Virus record (IMG/VR): IMGVR_UViG_3300009682_000001
Reading direction: 5' to 3' (one strand)
Source: a virus
Length of the DNA: 31,888 bases
The notes under the pieces are model-generated. The model saw nothing but the letters and a program-made list of their open reading frames with translations. It made no database searches and was not told the origin of the DNA. Of the stretch, positions 1-8,525 are shown one piece after another. The position numbers were made by a program, and so were the translations under genes. Position 1 is the stretch's first letter, and each line of letters starts with the position of its first letter.

Positions 1-123
1 CTTCCTAGAGTCAGCAGACTACGGATTAAATGACTGGTCACCATTAGGCGGTGTATTCAAGCGTGCAGCCAAAAAGGGCATCATTAGCCGTATTGACCGC
101 CCCACTAAGCAGGCGCTGTGGAA
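1..123. repeat. Terminal direct repeat identical to 31766-31888. It reflects circular closure, assembly overlap or terminal redundancy.
   Basis: Read directly: cttcctagagtcagcagactacgg...aggcgctgtggaa is present at both ends of the window. Confidence 0.95.
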
Positions 124-163
124 GAGCAATATTTATGTGAGGTGCAACCATGTTGAAAATTGA
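2..163 (+). CDS. 3' part of the hypothetical protein ORF that starts at 31668 and crosses the circular junction (about 86 aa in total)
   Basis: The frame is continuous with 31668-31888 through the repeat. Stop is TGA at 161-163. Confidence 0.6.
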   Translation, partial: FLESADYGLNDWSPLGGVFKRAAKKGIISRIDRPTKQALWKSNIYVRCNHVEN

Positions 164-491
164 GCAATTTGTAGAGCAACAGTTCGGCATCAAGCTCACT
201 AAGCACCAGCTAGAGATCATAGCCATTATTGCAGCTAACCCAGATGAGCGTGTAGCAATTCAAATAGGTGGCAGATCAGCAGGTAAAACCACTGCATTCA
301 AAGCAGCATTTGCTTATTTGCAGGATGGACTAAAGCCAGTAGAGTCAGAAAAGGTAGATAGATTTGAAGTAATTGATGATACAGGCAGGGCTTATGTAAA
401 AGGCTCTATATACGGATCACCCGTAAAAGTTGATTTGAGCTATCAGGATGATGGCAAAACACTTAAAGCATTTGTAGGTAAGCGAAAATGA
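150..491 (+). CDS. Hypothetical protein with a GGRSAGKT Walker-A-like motif
   Basis: 113-aa ORF. GAGG lies 7 nt upstream of the ATG, and the stop forms an ATGA overlap with the next gene. Confidence 0.6.
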   Translation: MLKIEQFVEQQFGIKLTKHQLEIIAIIAANPDERVAIQIGGRSAGKTTAFKAAFAYLQDGLKPVESEKVDRFEVIDDTGRAYVKGSIYGSPVKVDLSYQDDGKTLKAFVGKRK

Positions 492-871
492 AGCGCATAG
501 GATTTGATTACTGGCAGGTACTAAGTCATTACCCAGAGCATTGTAGCTTTATGCTCAGTGCATTCATCAGTGAGGGTGCTGAGGTACATGTAATATCAGC
601 CGTAGGCGGCAATTATACGCCAGACAGCGTAATTGAAGCGGTCCAGCGTATGGGCTACCCATTCAAGCCTGAAAATATCCATACAGTAGTATTTGAGCAT
701 CCTAGTGAGTCACCAGCGCTCAAGGTTGCTAAAGCAAAAAAGCTGGGATTAGATATGTTCTTTGATGACCGTGATGATGTGTGCCGGGAGCTTAACAAAG
801 CTGGCATTATGGCAATGCGTGTCACGCGCAAAGATAACAGCACTTATGACTTAGGTGCAGAGCGTAAATAA
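488..871 (+). CDS. Hypothetical protein with a possible HAD-like hydrolase fold and an atypical motif I
   Basis: 127-aa ORF, translationally coupled. It has IGFDYW at the N-terminus and FFDDRDD near the C-terminus, but the second catalytic Asp of DxD is absent. Confidence 0.45.
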   Translation: MKRIGFDYWQVLSHYPEHCSFMLSAFISEGAEVHVISAVGGNYTPDSVIEAVQRMGYPFKPENIHTVVFEHPSESPALKVAKAKKLGLDMFFDDRDDVCRELNKAGIMAMRVTRKDNSTYDLGAERK

Positions 872-893
872 GGCATTAAGGAGGATTGGAGTT

Positions 894-1421
894 ATGCCAG
901 AGGTGAAAGTACCGGCTATTGATCCGGTAAAAACAAATGAAGTATGTGACCATTGCGGTCAGCGCATACCACTAGCACGCAAGGAATTACTAAATAAGCA
1001 GATGGTTAAAATGCTCAAGCGTGCAGCAGGGCATGTAATGACCACCATGCAGAATGATTTTATGGTCCGGGATTTTACTGAGCCATCAGAATTTAAGCAG
1101 TATAACTGGTTTAGCCACCTACGCCTACATGGTCTGATTTTTAAGCAACGTGATGACCAGGGCAAAGAGATACGCGGCAGATGGGGCATTACCCGTAACG
1201 GCTGGGCATTCCTACGCGGTGAAAAGCAGCTCCCTGCTTATGTCCTGGTTAAAAACAACCACATTCAGAGCCGGTCAGATGAGCTTGTAGGCTTTAATCA
1301 GGTATGGCGCGGTGAAGATACCATGCAGACCAGCTTTGAGTACTTTGACGATAACGGCAAGCCCGTAGGCATCCGCCCTAACTACGGTCCATCAAACAGT
1401 AACCAGGCAAGGCTAATATGA
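894..1421 (+). CDS. Hypothetical protein, possibly DNA-binding, with an N-terminal CxxC element
   Basis: AAGGAGG at 876-882 precedes ATG 894. The longer track start at 855 has no RBS. Confidence 0.6.
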   Translation: MPEVKVPAIDPVKTNEVCDHCGQRIPLARKELLNKQMVKMLKRAAGHVMTTMQNDFMVRDFTEPSEFKQYNWFSHLRLHGLIFKQRDDQGKEIRGRWGITRNGWAFLRGEKQLPAYVLVKNNHIQSRSDELVGFNQVWRGEDTMQTSFEYFDDNGKPVGIRPNYGPSNSNQARLI

Positions 1422-1771
1422 GCCTAGACAATGAATACCCTACTAGGGAGCAATTACAATCATTGCTAGATTTTGAGGGTACACCGGCAGAATTCATAGA
1501 GCATATCAATGATATGTGGTGGGCAGATGGCTTTACTGTAAAAAATGGGCGTGATAACTTCCGTAAATCAGTAAAGCGTTGCTACCTAAGCACTTGGGGA
1601 TGGTCCGGTAATGAGGATATAATTAGTGTGCTGGATCAAACATGGTTTTGGATGATGTGGTGGCGCGTAAGCAGGCGCGGCGGTCATTATGAGTTTGAAG
1701 TACCAGCAGATCAATTTAATAAAAAATTCCAGTTTGCAATGGGATTACCACATTCAAAGGTAGTGCAATGA
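1418..1771 (+). CDS. Hypothetical Trp-rich protein
   Basis: 117-aa ORF with ATGA overlaps at both ends. Confidence 0.6.
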   Translation: MSLDNEYPTREQLQSLLDFEGTPAEFIEHINDMWWADGFTVKNGRDNFRKSVKRCYLSTWGWSGNEDIISVLDQTWFWMMWWRVSRRGGHYEFEVPADQFNKKFQFAMGLPHSKVVQ

Positions 1772-2316
1772 GTGAGCCAATATTTACATCAGACTGGTTT
1801 AGCAATAACATACCCCACTGGCAACGCCATATAGATGCTACAAAGCCAATGGACATACTAGAGCTAGGCGCATTTGAGGGCAGATCAGTAGTATGGATGC
1901 TTGAAAACCTAAACGTAAAGAGCCTAACCGCAGTAGACTGGTGGGATCAGGAGTGGCTTGAAAACAAAGGGCATTTTAATACTGAGCAAAACTTTGACCA
2001 TAATATTAAGCCCTACAAGAATGTAAAAAAGGTTAAAACATCCACATACGCATTCCTACGCAATGACCGGTCCGCTTATGACCTGATATACATTGACGGT
2101 GCGCATGACGGCAAGAGCGTGCTGACTGATGCTGTAATGGCTCACTATAAGCTCAAAAAGGGTGGCTACCTAATCTTTGATGATTACAGCCAGTCTACTG
2201 ATCCTAACCGCATAGACCGCCCTAGAGGTGCTATTGATGCCTTTATGAAGCAGTTTAGTAATGAATATAAAATTTTATATAAGGGCTATCAGCTGATGGC
2301 TCAAAAGGAGTCCTAA
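1768..2316 (+). CDS. Class I SAM-dependent methyltransferase (Methyltransf_24 / O-methyltransferase-like)
   Basis: ILELGAFEGRS matches motif I (ExGxxxG). IYIDGAHD and GGYLIFDDY are typical of this family. Confidence 0.7.
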   Translation: MSEPIFTSDWFSNNIPHWQRHIDATKPMDILELGAFEGRSVVWMLENLNVKSLTAVDWWDQEWLENKGHFNTEQNFDHNIKPYKNVKKVKTSTYAFLRNDRSAYDLIYIDGAHDGKSVLTDAVMAHYKLKKGGYLIFDDYSQSTDPNRIDRPRGAIDAFMKQFSNEYKILYKGYQLMAQKES

Positions 2317-2317
2317 T

Positions 2318-2566
2318 ATGGATAAGAAGCAAGATAAATTAGTGGTAATATTGCAAGAGAGCGTAATAGCATCACTCATAAAGGATGCTGGCACATTCCT
2401 GCTATTTGGCGGTCTGATGTACTTTAATCACCGTGTACTAGCTGGTAACGGCTGGATTGACTTTGTATTTATACTTATAGTGTTTATGTGGCTATCAAGC
2501 CGTAATATGAGCAAGGTATTTACTGGTCCAAAATCAGAAGCTATTAAGTGGCTACAAGATAAGTAA
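2318..2566 (+). CDS. Small membrane protein with two predicted TM helices
   Basis: 82-aa ORF with AAGGAG upstream. Hydrophobic stretches are AGTFLLFGGLMYF and WIDFVFILIVFMWL. Confidence 0.6.
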   Translation: MDKKQDKLVVILQESVIASLIKDAGTFLLFGGLMYFNHRVLAGNGWIDFVFILIVFMWLSSRNMSKVFTGPKSEAIKWLQDK

Positions 2567-2668
2567 GATGCTGGTGCGCCCTCCAAAATGGGAGTTAATA
2601 CAGTTAAATGGCTTGTTATGAGCAAGCAGCAGCCAGTACCATCTACATGTGAGGTGTAGTTTAAAGCT

Positions 2669-2699
2669 AAAAAGCCCCCGTTGTTGAGGGGCTTTTTGG
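2669..2699. terminator. Bidirectional rho-independent terminator between convergent operons
   Basis: AAAAAGCCCC-cgttgttga-GGGGCTTTTT, with an A-run on one side and a T-run on the other. Confidence 0.85.
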
Positions 2700-2700
2700 T

Positions 2701-3342
2701 TTATATATAAATCTCTTTTCTAGTCCATAGCACTGGTCCAGTAGCTGTGCGGTGTGCTACACGCGGCTCTGGGCTTATTGCTTTGCCGTGACCAGGCAAA
2801 AGGCTATCAGTATCATCATCATGGTCTATAAGGCTAGGAATGCAGTAATAAACGGGCAATCCCTGCCTACAATAGAATTCACCAATCTTATTGTCATATT
2901 GCAGCTCAATGCCCTCTACAAAGTCCAGCATTGGCTTGATCTGATTACTAGGCAGTGCAATACCTACGCCCCAGAAAAGTGTATGATGCCTAAGCCACCA
3001 TCCATCATGTGCTTTATTAACAGCAGCGGTGACGCGCCGTGCCAGTGGTCTAGCAGTGCCGGTATATAGGCTAATAAGCGTATCTTTTCTAAGCGCAGTA
3101 ATAGCATTTACCAGATTGTCATAAAAATGAGGTGTTAATATGGCATCATCCTGTATTACTACATGCCAATCACCTTTATTGATACCGGCTTGCAGCGCAC
3201 GCTTGCCAGTATGCCACTCTTCATTAACCTTATCCCATGTGATAGAAGCTTTGGCAAAAGGGTACTGCTTAAGCTCTTTGAGTAGCGCATTTGCAGCCGC
3301 TTTACGCTTAGGATGTGCCATTACTGTAACGGTAATTTTCAC
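2701..3342 (-). CDS. GT-A fold glycosyltransferase (family not resolved)
   Basis: 213-aa ORF with VVIQDDA as a DxD-like motif. Its GTG start forms a GTGA overlap with the upstream gene. Confidence 0.5.
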   Translation of the reverse strand: MKITVTVMAHPKRKAAANALLKELKQYPFAKASITWDKVNEEWHTGKRALQAGINKGDWHVVIQDDAILTPHFYDNLVNAITALRKDTLISLYTGTARPLARRVTAAVNKAHDGWWLRHHTLFWGVGIALPSNQIKPMLDFVEGIELQYDNKIGEFYCRQGLPVYYCIPSLIDHDDDTDSLLPGHGKAISPEPRVAHRTATGPVLWTRKEIYI

Positions 3343-4019
3343 TTTTCCACCGCCGCTTTTACGTTTTCAAAATCGCTTGGGTAGTCAATGTCGTTTGTTT
3401 CATCATCTATAACTATGTAATTATCAAGCCATTTTTTGTGCTTATTCATTTGGCCAATAGGTACATTTGCCATAAGCCGGGTTAATTCCCAGCCGCCTAT
3501 GCGATCAACAACATCAGCACGGTACAAATGCACCAGCCTATTAAGGCAGTACATTACAAATTCATGGTCCACCGGGTAAAAGCTTAATGCAAAGCACTCG
3601 CCATACGGGTAGTTAAAGCGCTTATTGCCCGTTGGCCGGCAAAACATGCGGTATAGCGGCGTTTCATCGGCAAGTATGGTGTCTATGGCCTGTTCAGTAA
3701 AATAAACGTCCCCATACATTACGATGGTGCGCTTTTTCTTGGCCCATAAGCTACTTGATGAAATGAATTTGTCGGCATCGTGGTTGTCGGGATTAAGCTT
3801 TGGCCGGTATGCGTGTACGCCTGGTATCTGGTAGCCTTTTGAAACGACCCAAACATCGTCTTGGCCGCGTTCAAGCAATAGTCGCACAATACGCTGTATG
3901 ATAGGCTCGCCGTTTATAACAGCATAATGCTTTGGCACGCCCATGTAGTTACCCCACCGCGTGGCGTCCCCGGCAGCAATGATTATAATTCTTGGGTTAT
4001 TTGTGCCTAAACCATGCAT
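3339..4019 (-). CDS. Nucleotidyltransferase that would activate a sugar phosphate or alcohol phosphate (NTP_transferase / cytidylyltransferase-like)
   Basis: IIIAAGDATRWG fits the AAGxGxR signature, followed by PKHYAVINGEPII and YGDVYF. GAGGT lies 8 nt upstream of ATG 4019. The track start at 4034 is a TTG. Confidence 0.6.
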   Translation of the reverse strand: MHGLGTNNPRIIIIAAGDATRWGNYMGVPKHYAVINGEPIIQRIVRLLLERGQDDVWVVSKGYQIPGVHAYRPKLNPDNHDADKFISSSSLWAKKKRTIVMYGDVYFTEQAIDTILADETPLYRMFCRPTGNKRFNYPYGECFALSFYPVDHEFVMYCLNRLVHLYRADVVDRIGGWELTRLMANVPIGQMNKHKKWLDNYIVIDDETNDIDYPSDFENVKAAVEK

Positions 4020-5400
4020 TGGTGCGTACCTCAAACTTTTTAAATAGTGACGTTACATGCCGGCCATATTCAATAGCCTCGGCATACTTGGTGTGCATTA
4101 GTTTATTAAATATGCCCATATCTGTTTGGTCCTGTGGGTATTCCAAGTGGTATTGGTACATATCTTGGCATAGGGCCATTACAAGCTTGCGCTCACCACC
4201 AACCACACCGCAATTAAGCAATGGTAGCGTGCCATTTTCACGTAGGTACCTATTAACGGTTGGCTCAAGGTGCCGTACCAACATCCACCTATTATTTAGC
4301 GTTTCAGCCGGCTCATCGCCAACATACAGCACACCCGGCTTAATGTGGGCAAATGGGTTGGCTACCATATCAACATCGGTAGCGTCCACCACGAACACAT
4401 TATTTATGTCGCGCCGGTCCCGTAGGTATTGCCACTCCTTTAGCCAGCGTTCAAAGTATGGCGTGGTTGATATGGTTACTTTATTTGGCAAGTCAAAGCA
4501 ATTATGTATTAACACAAATTCTATGCCCTTGGCCTCAACAGATCGCTTTAGCTTTTCTATCTTGGTAAAGTCGGCAGCCCATTTGGTGTTGCGTTGTGGG
4601 TCAAGTACGCCGGCAAAGTAGCAGGCTATTACAACGTCCTTGCCATAGGGTATGTATTCATTTGAAGCAGCGGCCGCGGCCAATAGCTCGTTATTCTTTT
4701 GTAGGTATGTGATCCGGTCGGCGCGTGCAATACTACTGGCCACAAGCTGGTGTTGGTCCATTGAATAAATAAGTTGCTCACTACCCACCACATCCATGTG
4801 CTTAAAAGTAGTTAGCCCGGCATTGTGTATACGGTTAGACCAGTCAAGGTGTTCATTCATGGCCTTACCATAGCGCGTGTCCATACCGCCTACCGTTGCA
4901 AGTGCCGTGCTATCAACGTACAGCATACAACCCCGGCTATGGTGGTGCGCCACAACGTTGGCGTCCTTATACACTATGGCATCGTCACCCACCGGCTTGC
5001 CGCTTGCCCAATTTTCAAACAGGTACATTAAATGGTGTTCAGGACTGGCCACGTATGGCTCATGCCAGCCCGGCTTTAACGGGTATGTATCATCGTCAAA
5101 TAAGAATATATGATCGCAGTCGCTAAGTAATTCAAGGCATTTGTTTTTGGCCCGTGCAATACCTACATTGTTTTTGAAGCGGTACACTTGCACGCCGTCA
5201 ATGGTTACTGGCTGTGCGCTGGCATCGTCCACTACTACAATTTTAGCGCCTGGTGTGTGGGCCTGTATGGTAGCAACCGTGCTGGCCACTAGCTTATTGC
5301 GGTTGTGTGTCGTGACGCCAATGCCAATGCTTTGTGTTTGCACGGCACTTGCTTTTATATAACGTTCATTGTTTATTAGTACGTCCAAGTTATGTTCCAT
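3997..5400 (-). CDS. Two-domain glycosyltransferase: N-terminal GT2 domain plus a C-terminal nucleotide-diphospho-sugar transferase-like domain
   Basis: The N-terminal part has GIGVTTHNR...IVVVDDAS...FLFDDDT (GT2 with DxD). The C-terminal part has VVDATDVDM and LNCGVVGG. Confidence 0.65.
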   Translation of the reverse strand: MEHNLDVLINNERYIKASAVQTQSIGIGVTTHNRNKLVASTVATIQAHTPGAKIVVVDDASAQPVTIDGVQVYRFKNNVGIARAKNKCLELLSDCDHIFLFDDDTYPLKPGWHEPYVASPEHHLMYLFENWASGKPVGDDAIVYKDANVVAHHHSRGCMLYVDSTALATVGGMDTRYGKAMNEHLDWSNRIHNAGLTTFKHMDVVGSEQLIYSMDQHQLVASSIARADRITYLQKNNELLAAAAASNEYIPYGKDVVIACYFAGVLDPQRNTKWAADFTKIEKLKRSVEAKGIEFVLIHNCFDLPNKVTISTTPYFERWLKEWQYLRDRRDINNVFVVDATDVDMVANPFAHIKPGVLYVGDEPAETLNNRWMLVRHLEPTVNRYLRENGTLPLLNCGVVGGERKLVMALCQDMYQYHLEYPQDQTDMGIFNKLMHTKYAEAIEYGRHVTSLFKKFEVRTNAWFRHK

Positions 5401-5648
5401 TTCTTATGACTAAAACAAGTATACAACATGGCTTGCGGCTTGGCATAGAACCCCCCACCGCACAAACAAAACATATATAATTTTTTGCAAATCAATTTAA
5501 TAATATTTTATTTTTCAATAACCTTGCAGGGGCGTCAAATAACAGGGGGGGAGGGCGCCCTTTCTTTACGCCAGCTAGACTCCGCCGTGTAAATGCCGAA
5601 TTTTGGGGGGTCTTTCTGACATTAAAATTCTGGCAGACTGATTTTAGG

Positions 5649-6179
5649 CTAAATGCGTGTCCAGGTTCTACCCTGTTTGATAGCTTTTACTATATGGTAG
5701 GTGGTATCCACTGCAGCCGCAATGTGTGTCATTGGCATATCAGTTTTTAGCAAATGCTTAATAGCTCTGGCTTTGATTTCATCTATCTTTGACTGCCAGT
5801 GTTCTGATCCGTACCGCTGATTGTTACGTCCTAGATTATAAGTGTGCTTATTATTCTGCTTGATAGTACACCACTCAAGGTTAGAGATTTGATTATTAGT
5901 TACGTCAGCATCTAAATGGTTTACAGCTGGGTAATTATTGGGGTTAGGTATGAAGTGAATGGCTACAAGCCTGTGCGCACGCCAGTATTTTGCTTTTCCT
6001 AATTTGCATAGTCTTACATACATATAGCCGTCAGTGCCGCAGTATTGCTTGAGTAATTTACCTACTCTTTTTCTGGCAACACCACCACTCATAACCATTC
6101 TAGGCACTGATCTAACTTGCCCCATGTTACTAATTTGATAGTAGCCTTTATAGCCCTCTATATCTTTCCATACTTCCAT
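5649..6179 (-). CDS. Free-standing HNH homing endonuclease (NUMOD4 plus HNH_3 plus C-terminal helix-turn-helix)
   Basis: WKDIEGYKGYYQISNMGQVRS matches NUMOD4. HRLVAIHF...VNHLD...NNQISNLEWCT..QN matches HNH_3. AGAGGT RBS is present. Confidence 0.85.
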   Translation of the reverse strand: MEVWKDIEGYKGYYQISNMGQVRSVPRMVMSGGVARKRVGKLLKQYCGTDGYMYVRLCKLGKAKYWRAHRLVAIHFIPNPNNYPAVNHLDADVTNNQISNLEWCTIKQNNKHTYNLGRNNQRYGSEHWQSKIDEIKARAIKHLLKTDMPMTHIAAAVDTTYHIVKAIKQGRTWTRI

Positions 6180-6226
6180 AATGTACCTCTGATTATTAAC
6201 AACACCATTTTAGCACAGCAAACTTA

Positions 6227-6235
6227 TGGTAAAAT
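6227..6235 (+). promoter_or_regulatory. Extended -10 element TGgTAAAAT
   Basis: It lies in the divergent gap between the HNH gene and the neck gene. It ends 7 nt before ATG 6243. Confidence 0.4.
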
Positions 6236-6242
6236 AATGCTT

Positions 6243-6578
6243 ATGAAAGGCATGACCGTAACATTTATCAAAAAGGTTGCTGCCGGTACGGATGATTTAA
6301 ACAATCCTACCTACACTACCCAGAGCATCAGCATTGATGATGTGTTGATTGCGCCAATTACTGAGCCAGCCAATGCGCGTGAGACTCAGGCGCTTGAGCA
6401 GCAACGGGATCAAGTCCGGGTGCATCTGCCAAAAGCTACCAATCAGGATATTAGTGACTCTTCATTTGTTTATGACGGCAAGACATTCAAGGTGGATAGT
6501 GATAGTGTTAAGTTTATGGATGAAAACACCCCCACGCGGTGGAATAGGTACTTAAGGGCGGAATGTGTAAATGGATGA
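6243..6578 (+). CDS. Head-tail joining (head-closure type) neck protein
   Basis: The pattern matches head-closure or minor capsid neck proteins: GTDDLNNP, LIAPITEP, YDGKTFKV, NTPTRWN. The start is uncertain (6237, 6243 or 6252). The track start at 6117 overlaps the HNH gene. Confidence 0.5.
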   Translation: MKGMTVTFIKKVAAGTDDLNNPTYTTQSISIDDVLIAPITEPANARETQALEQQRDQVRVHLPKATNQDISDSSFVYDGKTFKVDSDSVKFMDENTPTRWNRYLRAECVNG

Positions 6579-6930
6579 TGTAGAGGTAATAGTCATAAAC
6601 TGGCTTAACAGCATACTAGGCGCTGACTGGTCAGCTAGTGGCAATAAGCCAAAGAATACGCCAGACAAATATGTGCTGGTAGATCGCACCGGCGGTCCGC
6701 GTGTTGCTATGGTGTTGGATGCCGCGCAGATACTCATTGAGGTGTACCACAAATCTAGCCGGTCAGATGCAAAGACCAAAGCCAATGAGATTGCTGACCG
6801 CGTGCCAGAGCTAAAAGCCTACGCCCATAATGTCACCACCGCACAGGTTAATTCTGTTGTTCATTTACCTGACCTAATTACCGGCTATGAGCGCTATCAG
6901 GTCTACTGTGATATAGCGGTACGGCGCTAG
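6571..6930 (+). CDS. Tail terminator / tail completion-like neck protein (DUF3168-like)
   Basis: 119 aa, with 8-nt overlap coupling to the previous gene. Call is from size, position and the general sequence pattern (VLVDRTGGP...ILIEVY...YQVYCDIAVRR). Confidence 0.45.
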   Translation: MDDVEVIVINWLNSILGADWSASGNKPKNTPDKYVLVDRTGGPRVAMVLDAAQILIEVYHKSSRSDAKTKANEIADRVPELKAYAHNVTTAQVNSVVHLPDLITGYERYQVYCDIAVRR

Positions 6931-6942
6931 CGCATAAAATAC

Positions 6943-6972
6943 TTGTTCAATTAAAAATACTTATGGTATATT
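6943..6972 (+). promoter_or_regulatory. Promoter upstream of the scaffold and capsid genes
   Basis: TTGTTC, 18-nt spacer, TGgTATATT. The leader that follows has a GGGGAAGAGGGG RBS. Confidence 0.5.
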
Positions 6973-7031
6973 AGTAGCAAGTCAGAAAAACGGTTTAACT
7001 CACCGGCTCAAATGAAAGGGGAAGAGGGGAA

Positions 7032-7508
7032 ATGGCTGAATACTTTAAAAAAGACGGCGAAAACTATGTGCCAGTAGAAGATAAGCTACTGTCACAAGAA
7101 GAGGTAGATAAAGTTGTTGAGTCACGCCTAGAGCGTCAGAAAAAGCAATTTGCGGACTATGACGATCTAAAAGAAAAGGCTGGCAAACTGGACTCTATCA
7201 ACGCGGAATGGGAAACGAAGCTTAAGACAGTGGGTGATGAAAAGTCAGCCCTGGAAAAAGATTTAGCTTCTGCAAAGCTTGAGACTGTAAAGATCAAAGT
7301 TATGCACGAATTCAAGTTGTCTGATGACCTGTCTGAATTCATTAACGGAACTGATGAGGACACAATCCGCAGCCAGGCTGAAAAGCTATCAAAGGGTGTG
7401 GGCGGTGCATCAGTGAAGATTGATAAGACACCAAAGCCAGAGGATAAAAAGAACTCTGACATTAAAAAGGTCACTAAGGGATTGTTCAGCAAGAATTCTG
7501 ACGATTAA
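7032..7508 (+). CDS. Capsid scaffolding protein
   Basis: 158 aa, highly charged with coiled-coil character, immediately upstream of the major capsid gene. Confidence 0.7.
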   Translation: MAEYFKKDGENYVPVEDKLLSQEEVDKVVESRLERQKKQFADYDDLKEKAGKLDSINAEWETKLKTVGDEKSALEKDLASAKLETVKIKVMHEFKLSDDLSEFINGTDEDTIRSQAEKLSKGVGGASVKIDKTPKPEDKKNSDIKKVTKGLFSKNSDD

Positions 7509-7543
7509 AAACCATTTTAATTGTTATAAGGAGAGACCATATT

Positions 7544-8461
7544 ATGGCTTCTGCAACCCCCCTACGCACTAACGTGCTTAACCTAGCAAACCACCAGGGT
7601 AAGACATGGCGTAAAAATATTAGAGGTGGTGTTTTGGCTAAGCTTACCCCAGGTGAGCCAGAGCTAAAAGTAGGTAGCACAGATCACTTTGTGTTTACCG
7701 GCACTCCAAAGGCTCAGTTAGTTGGTGAAAGCGCTACCAAAGAGTCAATGAGTGGTGTACCTGGTAAGAAAACGGTACGCACCTACAAAGTGCAGATCAC
7801 TTACCGCTTTAGTAACGAAGTCCAGTGGGAAGATGAAGATTACCAGACTCAAATTGTTGAGAACTTGGTAGCTAATGCTGCAACAGCTATCAGCCGCGCC
7901 CTTGACTTGCTTGCAATTCATGGCGTAAACCCTGCTACTGGTGATACTGGTGCAGTCACTGATTACTTCAATAAGAGTGGTAATGACGTACACCGCGTTA
8001 CCCGTACTGCTGATGCACGGGCAGACATTGAAAGTGCTGCATCATTGCTGCAAAGCAGTGGCTACACAGCTACTGGTATTGGATTTGATCCAGTATTTGC
8101 AGGTCAGCTTGCACGCTCAAAGGATCAGGACAAGCGCCCACTCTACCCAGAGCTTGGACTTGGCTTTGCCTTTGACAACTTCCAGGGCTTAAATGCCGCT
8201 TCTAGCGACACTGTATCTGGTAGGCAAGAGCTTGATTCTGAAGATGCAACCCTTAATGCCATCATGGGTGACTTCAACGCATTCAAGTGGGGTATCGCAC
8301 GCGACATGCCACTTGAGTTGATTGAGTACGGTGATCCAGACGGTAATGGTGACCTTAAGCAGACTAACGAAGTTGCAATCCGCGCTGAGTCAGTCATTGG
8401 ATTTGGCATCATGGATGACACAGCATTTGCGCTTATTGACGGCGTAGTCCCTAGCTCCTAG
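7544..8461 (+). CDS. Major capsid protein (HK97 fold, no delta domain)
   Basis: 305 aa with AAGGAG RBS. It follows the scaffold gene and is followed by a terminator. Phage_capsid-like sequence pattern. Confidence 0.85.
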   Translation: MASATPLRTNVLNLANHQGKTWRKNIRGGVLAKLTPGEPELKVGSTDHFVFTGTPKAQLVGESATKESMSGVPGKKTVRTYKVQITYRFSNEVQWEDEDYQTQIVENLVANAATAISRALDLLAIHGVNPATGDTGAVTDYFNKSGNDVHRVTRTADARADIESAASLLQSSGYTATGIGFDPVFAGQLARSKDQDKRPLYPELGLGFAFDNFQGLNAASSDTVSGRQELDSEDATLNAIMGDFNAFKWGIARDMPLELIEYGDPDGNGDLKQTNEVAIRAESVIGFGIMDDTAFALIDGVVPSS

Positions 8462-8483
8462 TAGCTAGCATCCTAAAAGTAAA

Positions 8484-8507
8484 AGCGCTCCATACGGGGC
8501 GCTTTTA
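8484..8507 (+). terminator. Rho-independent terminator after the capsid gene
   Basis: AGCGCTCC-atac-GGGGCGCT followed by TTTT. Confidence 0.75.
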
Positions 8508-8510
8508 TTA

Positions 8511-8519
8511 TGGTAGAAT
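8511..8519 (+). promoter_or_regulatory. Extended -10 element TGgTAGAAT
   Basis: It sits immediately after the terminator and ends 6 nt before ATG 8526. Confidence 0.4.
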
Positions 8520-8525
8520 AAGGTT

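Noticed and set aside
150-491. Calling the 113-aa protein an ATPase or truncated terminase because of GGRSAGKT
   Set aside because: There is no Walker B or other ATPase motif, and the protein is too short. The evidence is a single short motif.
3992-5362. Plus-strand track ORFs (3992-4621, 4825-5031, 4877-5113, 4896-5126, 5141-5362) antisense to the glycosyltransferase gene
   Set aside because: They lie entirely inside a minus-strand ORF with clear GT2 motifs. They have no RBS and their composition is low-complexity, Cys/Ser/Thr-rich. They are shadow ORFs.
5545-5555. A KOPS-like GGGGAGGG motif (GGGNAGGG) as a target for the FtsK-gamma-like protein
   Set aside because: I found only one other match, CCCTACCC at 15405-15412 on the other strand. 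A degenerate 8-mer is expected a few times by chance in about 64 kb of two-strand sequence, so there is no enrichment or polarity to support the link.
6117-6242. The long N-terminal extension of the neck protein ORF (track start 6117), and likewise the track starts 855, 9515, 29907, 30546 and 31297
   Set aside because: The extensions overlap upstream genes or promoters and lack an RBS. Internal ATGs with GGAG-type RBSs, or with promoter-proximal spacing, fit better.
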